A stretch of DNA of 64,000 nt from Candidatus Latescibacterota bacterium (GTDB lineage: Bacteria > Latescibacterota > UBA2968), in contig OZ242320.1 of NCBI GenBank assembly GCA_965208125.1, positions 1,920,001 through 1,984,000 on the forward strand, given 5' to 3'. The position numbers were made by a program, and so were the translations under genes. Within the stretch, counting starts at the first letter, position 1; each line of letters opens with the position of its first letter. The notes beneath the pieces are model-generated. The model was not told where the DNA came from and made no database searches. It saw only the letters and a list, made by a program, of their open reading frames with translations. Shown one piece after another: positions 51,727 through 61,003 of the stretch.

Positions 51727-51774
51727 CGATATATAAGCGGTTCATGCCCCTTACAATCAATTCCAAAGGAGAAA

Positions 51775-51960
51775 ATGATGGATACACTCGATGTGCGAGG
51801 CTTGCCCGATGAATATACCATCTGGCTACAGAAGATGGTTGATAGTTTACGGGAACAGACCCAGCACAGAAAGGCGTGCAAAGACAAAGAAATCGTGTTT
51901 GCGACGCATAAGTCCCACCTGATTGGCGGATATGATCGAGCAGCAGTCTATGAAACATAA
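51775..51960 (+). CDS. small antitoxin-like protein
   Basis: AAGGAG RBS; LDVRGLPDE...IGGYDRAAVYE. Confidence 0.55.
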   Translation: MMDTLDVRGLPDEYTIWLQKMVDSLREQTQHRKACKDKEIVFATHKSHLIGGYDRAAVYET

Positions 51961-51977
51961 CCCCAGTATGAAGGCCG

Positions 51978-52163
51978 ATGGATATGAAAGCGAATGAACG
52001 GTGTACGCCTGCGCCAGCAGTTCCTGCAAGTGTGAAGACGAGTAATTCGGGCATGACCGAAGTTCCAACGAAAGGGCGACGGCGACCTGGAAGTGCCAAA
52101 GGGCTTGTTCTTCTAAGCGATGATTTTGACGAACCACTCGAAGATTTTCGGGAATATATGTAA
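51978..52163 (+). CDS. DUF2281/Phd-type antitoxin C-terminal part (N-terminus doubtful)
   Basis: RRPGSAKGLVLLSDDFDEPLEDFREYM. Confidence 0.65.
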   Translation: MDMKANERCTPAPAVPASVKTSNSGMTEVPTKGRRRPGSAKGLVLLSDDFDEPLEDFREYM

Positions 52164-52224
52164 TGCGCCTTTTATTAGCAGAGACAGACCCTTTCAGGAG
52201 TATTCAATTGATGTGATATGGTAA
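52163..52224 (+). pseudogene. collapsed VapC/PIN toxin gene
   Basis: TAATG coupling; head MRLLL joined out of frame to tail ISRDRPFQEYSIDVIW* across ATTAG. Confidence 0.7.
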
Positions 52225-52257
52225 TCGCCGCAGGTAAGAAGTCTTCACCAACGTGGA

Positions 52258-52294
52258 AATGATGACCGCCTGTATTGCTGGCATTTTAATCTGA
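52258..52294 (+). repeat. third copy of the nupC 3' end
   Basis: AATGATGACCGCCTGTATTGCTGGCATTTTAATCTGA (MMTACIAGILI*). Confidence 0.85.
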
Positions 52295-52301
52295 AAAATA
52301 C

Positions 52302-52335
52302 AAAAAGGAGATACCATCTGGCATCTCCTTTTTTT
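52302..52335. terminator. intrinsic terminator
   Basis: AAAAAGGAGATACCA-TC-TGGCATCTCCTTTTTTT. Confidence 0.85.
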
Positions 52336-52355
52336 AATGGGATATATTTTATAAA

Positions 52356-53651
52356 TCACCCATGAGACCCCTTCACACCAATCGGCCAATTAGGGGAGTC
52401 TATGCGTGCATCTTTCATGAAACTCTCAATTTCGGCGATCACATCCGGATGATCTGCTGCGACATCGTTTTCCTCGCCAATATCGTTTGCCAAATCGTAT
52501 AACTCAAGCGGTTCGTCGAGCAACCGCGGCGACGGATTGCGCACGGCCTTCCAATTTTTCCAGCGCACAGCCTGTTTGAAGCCCCCGCCAAAGCGCTCCC
52601 AGTACAAAAAGCGCTCTCCAATATCCTGTGACTCGCCCAAAAGCGTCGGCAATATGCTCACGCCATCCATATCATCTGGTGCATCCACACCGATCACGTC
52701 TGCAACCGTAGGCATAAAATCGGTATAATACCACACCTGATCGCTCCCAGTACCTGCCGGAATACGAGCCGGCCAATGCACAATCATAGGCGTGCGCAAT
52801 CCGCCTTCATACATCGTACCTTTTTGCCCGCGCAAAGCACCACAACTGCCAAACGGTTCCCACCGGCGTGCAGCCCCATGGTCAGAACCAAAAAACAAAA
52901 GCGTATTATCCTTTATCCCCAGTTTGCACAATAAATCCGCAATCTGTCCAACCTGAGTATCAATTTTTGTAATCATCGCCGCATAAACTTTCTCATCATC
53001 CGTCCAGGGTTTATCGTCCCAGGCACTCGCATCGGGGATTTCATATCTCCCGTGCGGCAATGTCCACGGCAAGTACAAAAAAAACGGACCATTGCTATTG
53101 TTGCGAATGAAGTCACAGGCAAAGTCAAAAATCATATCGTGAGAATAGTCGTTCTCCTGGCCATCCAGATTGCCTTTGAGAATGACCTTCTCTTCGTTGT
53201 GCCACAAAAAAGGCGGATAATACGAATGCGCGTTGCGCTGGTTGAGATAGCCAAACCATTCATCAAATCCCTTGCGGGTGGGAATACCCGTCGTATCGGG
53301 CTCACCCAATCCCCATTTGCCGGTTATGCCAGTGGTATATCCTGCCTCCTTGAGCATCTCGGCAACCGTAAAATCCTCCGGCTCGAGCGGCACCCGTTTC
53401 TGCTCTCCAACGCCGCCCACAATGCCCATATTGTCGCGCACTCTCGTGTGTCCACTGTGCAAACCCGTCATCAAAACCGACCGAGATGGCGCGCAGATAG
53501 GAGACCCGGTATAACACTGCGTGAACCGCATGGATTCCGACGCAAGCTGATCCAATCGGGGTGTGGGAATAACCTGTTGCCCATAACAACCCAGATCGCC
53601 ATAGCCAATATCATCACAAAGAATAAAAATAATGTTGGGCAATGACATCAT
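52356..53651 (-). CDS. arylsulfatase family, Cys-type
   Basis: DDIGYGD, CAPSRSVLMTG, GKWGLG, SDHG, YEGGLR. Confidence 0.92.
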   Translation of the reverse strand: MMSLPNIIFILCDDIGYGDLGCYGQQVIPTPRLDQLASESMRFTQCYTGSPICAPSRSVLMTGLHSGHTRVRDNMGIVGGVGEQKRVPLEPEDFTVAEMLKEAGYTTGITGKWGLGEPDTTGIPTRKGFDEWFGYLNQRNAHSYYPPFLWHNEEKVILKGNLDGQENDYSHDMIFDFACDFIRNNSNGPFFLYLPWTLPHGRYEIPDASAWDDKPWTDDEKVYAAMITKIDTQVGQIADLLCKLGIKDNTLLFFGSDHGAARRWEPFGSCGALRGQKGTMYEGGLRTPMIVHWPARIPAGTGSDQVWYYTDFMPTVADVIGVDAPDDMDGVSILPTLLGESQDIGERFLYWERFGGGFKQAVRWKNWKAVRNPSPRLLDEPLELYDLANDIGEENDVAADHPDVIAEIESFMKDARIDSPNWPIGVKGSHG

Positions 53652-53668
53652 GTGATATTTCCCGAATC

Positions 53669-55579
53669 TCACTCTTCCACCAACGCCAATTTTTGAGCGT
53701 AAACAGCCCGATCCTTTAACAGACGAACAGCCTCCTGAAACTGCTTATCACCCTTCAGCGTCGCTAAAATTTTACCATTAGTGCCCCACACGCGATTGGC
53801 CAATGCCCGTTCAATCTCCAGACGGATATACGGCTCGGCCTTATTATAATCGGCTTCGCGCTCGCGCTCTGCAGCCTGTGACAATTGATTGAGTGCGGCT
53901 ATAGTCTCGTCTGTCAATACATCCTTCTCTTTTAGTGATTTCTTGACCTCTTGCACTTGAATTTCTGTATCCGCTTTATATTCAAAACCCTCGGCATTGA
54001 CTGAATCTGCCATGAAAGTCCAGAATTGAGCGACAATATCTTCGGGCAAGGTGTAGTCTTCAAACCGATTGGGGAATGATTGCTTTGTTGCAAAATCAAC
54101 CGCAAAATCAAAAATCAGTCCCTCGCGCAATAATGCTATCACCAGCCGTGGCCTGCGCTCTTGTTCAACCACCACATCGGGCTTAATCCCTCCGCCGCCA
54201 TAAACTTTGCGCTTGTTCACGCGCGTTGTAAATACCTTTTCAGGATCGATATCTTCAGGCCCGTTATGCTCGCTGGAAGCCAAACCCAACAACCCTTCCA
54301 ATCGCATTCCAAGTACTTCTTCAGCCAGGTCCTTGGCCAGGTCAAATCTTTCCTCGAGTGCCGTAATAACATCTTCGCGCCGTTCAGCCTGACCAATAAT
54401 ACCAAAGAGTTCATAGGCCGAGACCTGTGTTGAATTTCCCACAGTAATCTCAATGGGGCCGCCGCGATATCGGCGCTTCTCACCATTGTGAATGCTGCGC
54501 CCACTCGGCGTATAATAGGCTGCGGTTGTCAACTTCAAAGCTTTATTGCCTTGACGGCCCAATTGGCGCACGGTTTGTACAGAGCCTTTCCCAAATGTTT
54601 GCGTGCCCACAATAACCCCCCGGTCCCAATCCTGAATTGCCCCTGCGACAATTTCTGATGCACTGGCACTGCGCTCGTCAACCAGGATCACAAGTGGAAT
54701 ATCGGCGGGCAATATGGGATCGTGCCGCGTTTTGTGACTCCGATTCTGATTGGGAAGGCGACCTCTGGTTGACACGACCAGACGACTGGATGGCAAAAAC
54801 TTATCGACCACATCAACCGCCGCGTTGAGCAAACCGCCCGGATTGCCGCGCAAATCCAGAATAATCCCCGTAGCACCATTGTTGACCGATTTTATCAATG
54901 CCCGTTGCAACTCCCCTCCCGTGCGTTCAGTAAATCGAGAAGCGCTGAGCCAGGACATGGAAATATACCCGATATCGGGATCGACTTCGCCCGGAATTTG
55001 TACACTTGAAATATCAATTCGCGCCCGAATAATTGGCTGATCAAATGGTTCCTTCATCCCTGGGCGCTCAATTTTAATCGTCACGCCAGCACCTGGATCA
55101 CCCCGCAAAATATTGACAATTTCGCGCAGCTCCTTGTCAAAAGTCGGATCCCCGTCAATGGCGACGATACGATCTCCCACAACGAGCCTGGTGCTGTCAG
55201 CAGGCGTACCTTCAATAACACTCATCACCACCGGAGGCCCATCATCCTTCCCTCGCTTGCTGATCATTATGCCCAACCCACCAAATTTGCCCTGCGTTTC
55301 AATCTGGAGTTCCTTGAGGTCATCACGATCAAAAAGGGTCGTATAAGGATCCAGATCCCACAACATGCCGGAAATGGCAGTCTTGCTCAAATCCTCTACT
55401 TCCAATTCATCGACATACTCGTTGAGGAGCAGGCGATAGGCGTCGTTAATCTCCTCAAAACCGCGCCCCACCTTTTCATAAACATCTTCGCCGGTCACCA
55501 ACCGGGAATCGAGCACCAGATAAACACCTAAAACACCAATTAAAGTTGTAAAAATGGCGAATCTTCTTCGGAGAAACAT
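53669..55579 (-). CDS. ctpA: S41A carboxyl-terminal processing protease
   Basis: LDPYT, PDZ GGLGI, DLRGNPGG, SASASEIVAG, FGKGSVQ, YYTPSGRSI. Confidence 0.9.
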   Translation of the reverse strand: MFLRRRFAIFTTLIGVLGVYLVLDSRLVTGEDVYEKVGRGFEEINDAYRLLLNEYVDELEVEDLSKTAISGMLWDLDPYTTLFDRDDLKELQIETQGKFGGLGIMISKRGKDDGPPVVMSVIEGTPADSTRLVVGDRIVAIDGDPTFDKELREIVNILRGDPGAGVTIKIERPGMKEPFDQPIIRARIDISSVQIPGEVDPDIGYISMSWLSASRFTERTGGELQRALIKSVNNGATGIILDLRGNPGGLLNAAVDVVDKFLPSSRLVVSTRGRLPNQNRSHKTRHDPILPADIPLVILVDERSASASEIVAGAIQDWDRGVIVGTQTFGKGSVQTVRQLGRQGNKALKLTTAAYYTPSGRSIHNGEKRRYRGGPIEITVGNSTQVSAYELFGIIGQAERREDVITALEERFDLAKDLAEEVLGMRLEGLLGLASSEHNGPEDIDPEKVFTTRVNKRKVYGGGGIKPDVVVEQERRPRLVIALLREGLIFDFAVDFATKQSFPNRFEDYTLPEDIVAQFWTFMADSVNAEGFEYKADTEIQVQEVKKSLKEKDVLTDETIAALNQLSQAAEREREADYNKAEPYIRLEIERALANRVWGTNGKILATLKGDKQFQEAVRLLKDRAVYAQKLALVEE

Positions 55580-55620
55580 GGGGCGCCTCCAGTTTGTGGT
55601 AACAGGTTCTTACGGCAAAC

Positions 55621-56697
55621 TCATTTGTCGTGCATGATCAGTCCGAGATGCCACAGCTTATATGCTACTGTGGGAGCACCTTGATTGAACTTTGCGGGTT
55701 CTTCATCCAATTCAGAACGAATACGATTTTGTATTCTGGTCCACAACTCGGACCGAGAAATATCGGGCTTTTCTGAAATGCATTCCAACGCCAGAATCGC
55801 ATAGGCTCCATTCGTCGAACCGTTCCATATCTCTTTCAATTCTGGATTTCGAAAAGGGTTTCTACTGCCTTTTATTCTTCCCAGTCGATATAAGACCTCT
55901 GCCCCGTTCATAGGACAGAATTTGCTTCCGCTTTCTCTGCTCTTGCCTCCCAGCTCAAAATATGTCTCTTTCCAGGCGCAGTTCCAATCATCTCCTCTTT
56001 CCACTTTCTCGATAGTGCTGCGTACCCAGTCTTTCAAATTGATCTTATATAAATTTCTGAGCTTAATTCGATTGATAACCGCCTTTTTAACATCCTTAAA
56101 CACAGCATCAACAGACCGTGTTCCATCCACCCTGAAAATGCGATCAGGTTCAGATTGATATGCTTCTTTAAAACCCTGCCGAACCCTTTGAAAAAATGTT
56201 TTCTCGCCTTTATCCTCTCTATCTTCTGATTCAATGCGATCTGAAAAAAGTGGCAATTCCCGTTTTCGAATCGTCTGCAAATCGACATCTATCCAGATTG
56301 TGATATCTGGTTTTAAACCACCCGTAGTCACGTTTTGAATCATTCTCAGGTCATCGAGATTCAATCCGCGACCATAGCCCTGATAGGCCAGTGTGGAATC
56401 GACGTAACGATCTGAAATTACCACTTTGCCCGCATCCAGCGATGGCCGAATCAATTCGTTAACATGCTGTACGCGATCCGCTGAAAATAAGAACATTTCG
56501 GCGGTGGCATCAATCTCGCCTTGCGATTTCCTTTCGAGTACGAGACGCCGAATTTCTTGACCGAGTTCTGTATCGCCCGGCTCATAAGTAAATACAACCT
56601 CGTACCCACTTTCTTGCAGATAATCAAACAGCTTCTTGGCCTGGGTACTTTTCCCACTTTGATCAATGCCTTCAAATGATATGAAAATACCGGACAT
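55621..56697 (-). CDS. tmk: thymidylate kinase fused to a ~135-aa C-terminal DUF6979-like domain
   Basis: SFEGIDQSGKSTQ, EPG, DRYVDSTLAYQG, PD; frame stays open for ~135 more codons. Confidence 0.85.
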   Translation of the reverse strand: MSGIFISFEGIDQSGKSTQAKKLFDYLQESGYEVVFTYEPGDTELGQEIRRLVLERKSQGEIDATAEMFLFSADRVQHVNELIRPSLDAGKVVISDRYVDSTLAYQGYGRGLNLDDLRMIQNVTTGGLKPDITIWIDVDLQTIRKRELPLFSDRIESEDREDKGEKTFFQRVRQGFKEAYQSEPDRIFRVDGTRSVDAVFKDVKKAVINRIKLRNLYKINLKDWVRSTIEKVERGDDWNCAWKETYFELGGKSRESGSKFCPMNGAEVLYRLGRIKGSRNPFRNPELKEIWNGSTNGAYAILALECISEKPDISRSELWTRIQNRIRSELDEEPAKFNQGAPTVAYKLWHLGLIMHDK

Positions 56698-56721
56698 TTG
56701 TTCCCACGTTTTTCTGTAAAG

Positions 56722-56756
56722 AAAAAAAGAACCCGGCGATATGCCCCCGGGTTTTA
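56722..56756 (-). terminator. intrinsic terminator after the pgsA-like gene
   Basis: minus strand AAAACCCGG...CCGGGTTC followed by T7. Confidence 0.65.
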
Positions 56757-56781
56757 TCATCCAGTATTGGACAATTGGGCC

Positions 56782-57396
56782 CTATGATTTTGTCAGCTTT
56801 CGAAAGTGAATTACCCGCTCCATCGCAGTAAAATTTCCCAACAGAGCAATTGCCCAGACCACAACGATCAAACCGATATCCCCGATCAAAGGAACGACCA
56901 CCCCACCAGCGCCAATAGCAATAACGCGCTCGGGCCGCTGCATAAATCCAACTTTGCACTCTGCCCCAAGCCCCTCAATGCGCGCGCGCACATAACTCAC
57001 CATCAAAGATCCTGCCAGTGCAAAAAAGACCGCCGCGCTTGTCCAGAGATCATCAGCCCGTATAAAACTAATCGCAATGCCAAACCAGATGAAAATTTCG
57101 GAATATCGATCAACAGTAGAATCGAGAAGCGCACCAAATTTGGACTCTGTTTTACCCTTGCGCGCCACTTGCCCGTCGAGAAAATCAAAAATACCCGCAA
57201 CAAGCACCGTCAACCCCGCCCACATATACAATAATGGTGCCGCAGTAGGCGAGGCAAAACCGAAGAGCACTGCGGCACCTATATTGAAAATAAACCCGAT
57301 CATCGTCAACAAATCGGGAGTAAAGCGTTTCTCGACGAGATATTCTGTGGAAGGTGCCAAAATCTCGGCAACATCATCTTTAACTTTTTCAATCAC
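56782..57396 (-). CDS. CDP-alcohol phosphatidyltransferase (PgsA/PIP-synthase-like)
   Basis: DFLDGQVARK...SKFGALLDSTVDR. Confidence 0.92.
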   Translation of the reverse strand: MIEKVKDDVAEILAPSTEYLVEKRFTPDLLTMIGFIFNIGAAVLFGFASPTAAPLLYMWAGLTVLVAGIFDFLDGQVARKGKTESKFGALLDSTVDRYSEIFIWFGIAISFIRADDLWTSAAVFFALAGSLMVSYVRARIEGLGAECKVGFMQRPERVIAIGAGGVVVPLIGDIGLIVVVWAIALLGNFTAMERVIHFRKLTKS

Positions 57397-57562
57397 TGTT
57401 AAAACCCACGGATAGTGAAGTTTTTATTTAAATTTTCTAATGCTATAACAAATCCAAATATAGGCCAATTCTGTAGGTGTAGCAAGCGAAATATCCCTTC
57501 CACACAGGCCGAAAAACAACCCGAAATACCTGCGTTTCAGCGGTGAGAAATCCGAGAGAAAG

Positions 57563-57667
57563 TGTGGAAAAGTGTGTGGATAACTTTTAAATATCCGTGT
57601 TAATTTATTTCTTTATTAAATAAAATCAACGACTTAAACTGTTGATAATATTATCCACTTTTCCACA
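57563..57667. other. putative replication origin (DnaA-box cluster with IHF site)
   Basis: TGTGGAAAA 57563, TGTGGATAA 57575, TGTTGATAA 57640, TTATCCACT 57651, TTTTCCACA 57659; IHF-consensus AATCAACGACTTA 57624; AT-rich tract. Confidence 0.7.
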
Positions 57668-57781
57668 TTCAATACGACACACCTCCTTTGATGAACTGCT
57701 GTCGCAGTCATGCCCGTACACGCAGCGTCATGCTTGAAGCGGTGTACAACTGCGACGCTTCACCAGCAGTTCATTATCCGT

Positions 57782-58465
57782 CTATCGAAACACATCTATG
57801 CGCTTGATCACCACGGGTTTTACAGGCCGGTCTCCCGGTGCGGTTTCGACCATTGCAATATTGTTAACCACATCCATTCCCTCTGTTACTTCTCCAAAAG
57901 CAGTATATTGATTGTCCAAATTAGGCGAGGACCCATGCATAATAAAAAATTGTGACCCAGCACCCGCCGACACATCTGAAATGCGTGCCATAGAAAGAAT
58001 GCCCGGTACATGTTTTGTATCATTAAATTCATGAGGGATATGCACGAGTGGTCCCCCCATTCCATCATCAGATGGATCATCGTCCTTTGAATTTGGATCG
58101 CCGCCCTGAATCATAAAATTTTTAATTACGCGATGAAACTTGGTATTGTTATAAAACCCGCTTTCTGCTCGCGTGATAAAGGCGAAACAATGAACAGGTG
58201 CCTTTTCGGGATGGAACTTCAATTCAATATCCCCCATATTCGTCGCGATACGCGCTCTCACACCCCGAATCTGATTTGCCAGAAATAGCATCCTGCCTCC
58301 GACCTCGCCGGAGCGCTTAATCTGGTTTTGTGCCTTGTTCAAAGAGCTTTTCAACGACCGATTCTCATTGTTCAACTTCTCATTGGCTTGTTTTAAATCT
58401 TCCATTCCGCTACCTCCACAGGCCGCTATCGAGAGACATAGCCCCAAAAAAACAAATCGTTTCAT
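57782..58465 (-). CDS. cyclophilin-type peptidyl-prolyl isomerase, lipoprotein with coiled coil
   Basis: lipobox IAAC; FHRVIKNFMIQGGD, LSMAR, GSQFFI. Confidence 0.9.
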   Translation of the reverse strand: MKRFVFLGLCLSIAACGGSGMEDLKQANEKLNNENRSLKSSLNKAQNQIKRSGEVGGRMLFLANQIRGVRARIATNMGDIELKFHPEKAPVHCFAFITRAESGFYNNTKFHRVIKNFMIQGGDPNSKDDDPSDDGMGGPLVHIPHEFNDTKHVPGILSMARISDVSAGAGSQFFIMHGSSPNLDNQYTAFGEVTEGMDVVNNIAMVETAPGDRPVKPVVIKRIDVFR

Positions 58466-58745
58466 AGACATTTCCCCTTACGAAAACAACTCCGCTCAAC
58501 ATGTGTACTGTTTCTAAAATATAAGCCCAGACGCTCATATTAGACAACAACCCGTTTGCACATTTTAAGCGAGAAAAAAACACCTCCAAATCTTCCTTGA
58601 CAGTGGTTCTTCTCCACGCTTTATTGTTCCCGCTGTGGTGATACAGACGCAACACAACGTCGGTCACCCATTGCGCCTATCGCGGGGCTGAAATGCCGCC
58701 GCGCAGAACAATATAAACCCCCACATTCCCAAGGACAACATCATT

Positions 58746-59606
58746 ATGCGACTCGTTACATTTACGCATCAGGGACAACGTCGGCTCGGTGTCCGATCAG
58801 GCGATTCAATCATTGACCTCAGTGCTGCCGACCCGTCAATACCCTCCACTATGAAAGAATTTCTCGAAGCGGGCGATAATGCCATTTCCAGAGCCCAGGC
58901 AGTAATTGATGGTGGGACGCATGCTATTTCTGCAACCGATGTCACCATTCATGCCCCCATCGACAATCCAGAAAAAATCATTTGCATAGGTCTCAACTAT
59001 GCAGATCATGCCGCCGAGAGCAGTATGCCCATTCCCGACGAACCCATTGTCTTTTCCAAATACGCATCATCCATCATCGGTCCCGATGAGAATATCGTAG
59101 CTCCCAGCGCGAGTTCCCAGGTTGACTACGAAGTCGAGCTTGTCGTCGTTATTGGCAAAAGCGGTCGCAACATCTCTGAAGAAGATGCCCTCAACCACGT
59201 TGCAGGTTACATGGTTGGACACGACGTGAGTGCTCGTGATTACCAGCTTGAAAAACCAGGTGCACAATGGATGATGGGCAAAACCTTTGACACATTTGCT
59301 CCAATAGGACCTGACCTGGTCACAACAGACGATGTACCCGATCCTCACAACCTGGGCATTCGCTGTATTCTCAATGGCAAAACAGTACAGGATTCCAATA
59401 CATCTCAACTGATCTTCGACGTACCCAAACTCATTGCTTATCTCACACATGTATTCACACTTGCCCCCGGAGATTTGATTTTTACCGGCACACCACACGG
59501 TGTGGGTATGGGGCGTGAGCCACAACTCTGGCTCAAACACGGCGACCGTGTAATATGTGAAATTGATGGACTGGGACGACTCGAAAATCCGGTTGTTTCA
59601 GATTGA
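58746..59606 (+). CDS. fumarylacetoacetate hydrolase family
   Basis: KIICIGLNYADH, DYEVEL, DVSARD, GKTFDT, TGTP. Confidence 0.92.
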   Translation: MRLVTFTHQGQRRLGVRSGDSIIDLSAADPSIPSTMKEFLEAGDNAISRAQAVIDGGTHAISATDVTIHAPIDNPEKIICIGLNYADHAAESSMPIPDEPIVFSKYASSIIGPDENIVAPSASSQVDYEVELVVVIGKSGRNISEEDALNHVAGYMVGHDVSARDYQLEKPGAQWMMGKTFDTFAPIGPDLVTTDDVPDPHNLGIRCILNGKTVQDSNTSQLIFDVPKLIAYLTHVFTLAPGDLIFTGTPHGVGMGREPQLWLKHGDRVICEIDGLGRLENPVVSD

Positions 59607-59668
59607 GATATCCCACGAGTTACAGGGACACTACACTTATAGGGGACCTGGGTGTTTGGGGAGGGAAA

Positions 59669-60019
59669 TCAAACAGAGGGCAAACGGCTCCGCAATTCTG
59701 CCAACTCGCGTTCGAGATGATCCAATCGGAGTGAAACTTCACGCTCGTGCAATAGCCGATCAGCAGTACCCATGCCATCGTGTATGATCGAAAGCCTGCG
59801 CTTTAGCTGTTCGCAGATGTGGCCAACTTCTGATATATCGGCCTCGATCTGAGCCTGACGTGTGCTTATTTTGCGAATTGCATCCTGCACATTTTGGATA
59901 TCAGATCGAACTTCTACAAACTGTCTGGCGACCATTTGTGCAAAATTTTCTTGCGAAGACTCAATGGCATCGTGAACTGTTTCTCGAATGAGATCGAGTT
60001 CGCCAGCATCAAGGGCCAT
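59669..60019 (-). CDS. small coiled-coil hypothetical protein
   Basis: 116 aa from ATG 60019 (AGGA upstream), heptad pattern. Confidence 0.65.
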   Translation of the reverse strand: MALDAGELDLIRETVHDAIESSQENFAQMVARQFVEVRSDIQNVQDAIRKISTRQAQIEADISEVGHICEQLKRRLSIIHDGMGTADRLLHEREVSLRLDHLERELAELRSRLPSV

Positions 60020-60321
60020 GGGCGAATTCCTGAGAAAGACAGATGGGGTACGAAAGAATATCCGTACTTGATAAGGGAGAAAAAAGGGGGAGAAAAAGGG
60101 GAAATGGGGAGGATAAGCCTGACGATCTGGGGAGAAAGGGGAATCAGAGCAAGATCGGTTACCCTCCCCACCCAATAAAGAGAGACTTGAATCCAGGAGA
60201 AAAATAGAATTTAACTGAATCTCGTTTCTCTTTATTTTCCAGGACTTTATGTCCTTTATACACACAAACAAGTGTGTATGTATTGCATTCTATGTGGGGA
60301 GTCCCAGAATGCAATTACCCA

Positions 60322-60350
60322 AATATACACTCTCAAGTTTGTGTTGTCAA
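60322..60350 (-). promoter_or_regulatory. near-consensus sigma70 promoter with operator-like palindrome in its spacer
   Basis: minus strand TTGACA-N17-TATATT; ACAC-N10-GTGT at 60327-60344. Confidence 0.65.
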
Positions 60351-60468
60351 GAGTAAATATTTTCATTTAACCTGTCTGTTTCTCAAGGATTTAGCTTGCC
60401 ACGCGACACTTTTCAATTCATATTATGGCATCAAATTTTTAAACGCGACTGACCATTGGGAGAGGTGT

Positions 60469-60972
60469 ATGAGGTTTGGTGAAATAATCAAACAAGCTCG
60501 AAATGGACGATTTAGCCAGCAGGCTTTGGGCGAAACCATTGGGGTGTGGGGCACTTATATCTATCAAATAGAAAAAGGGGAACGCATACCATCCGACGAT
60601 GTGTGTGCGTATCTTGCAAAAGCACTCGATCTCGATCCTCAAAGGCTTCTTTTTTTGGCATATAAAGAACGCGCACAGAAAACGTCAGAAGGCCGCAGAC
60701 TTTTTTCTCAGATGGAAAAACTGATGACAGACCCGGTCATCAGCCAGGTAATTGTCAACCCCAAAATGCTCGATGCAGGCATTGTCAAAGCACTCCAGAG
60801 TCCCGATATTCGCAAGGTACTCAAGAACAAGCAGTGGTGCGAAGCCCTGAACGCGAGTGCTTCAACTACAGACCGGGATATCCCCGAACTCATTAAGATC
60901 ATCACCCAGATCCCCGCCCAACAATGGCAAGTATTGCTCAGCACCGCAAAAGCTTTTGCTGGCATGAAATAA
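60469..60972 (+). CDS. XRE family HTH regulator
   Basis: FGEIIKQAR..SQQALGETIGV..YIYQIEKGERIPS; GAGG RBS. Confidence 0.88.
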   Translation: MRFGEIIKQARNGRFSQQALGETIGVWGTYIYQIEKGERIPSDDVCAYLAKALDLDPQRLLFLAYKERAQKTSEGRRLFSQMEKLMTDPVISQVIVNPKMLDAGIVKALQSPDIRKVLKNKQWCEALNASASTTDRDIPELIKIITQIPAQQWQVLLSTAKAFAGMK

Positions 60973-61003
60973 AAAAGGAATTGGGACTGGTGGGTTGGGT
61001 GAC

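Noticed and set aside
58626-58705. Riboswitch upstream of the FAH gene
   Set aside because: Two plausible hairpins exist, but I cannot match a known aptamer consensus.
60020-60271. N-terminal extension of ORF 59669..60271
   Set aside because: Low-complexity Pro/Phe translation of a C/T tract; the better start with RBS is at 60019.
59669-60972. Prophage cI/cro module
   Set aside because: No integrase, structural or replication genes nearby; the divergent gene is not HTH-like.
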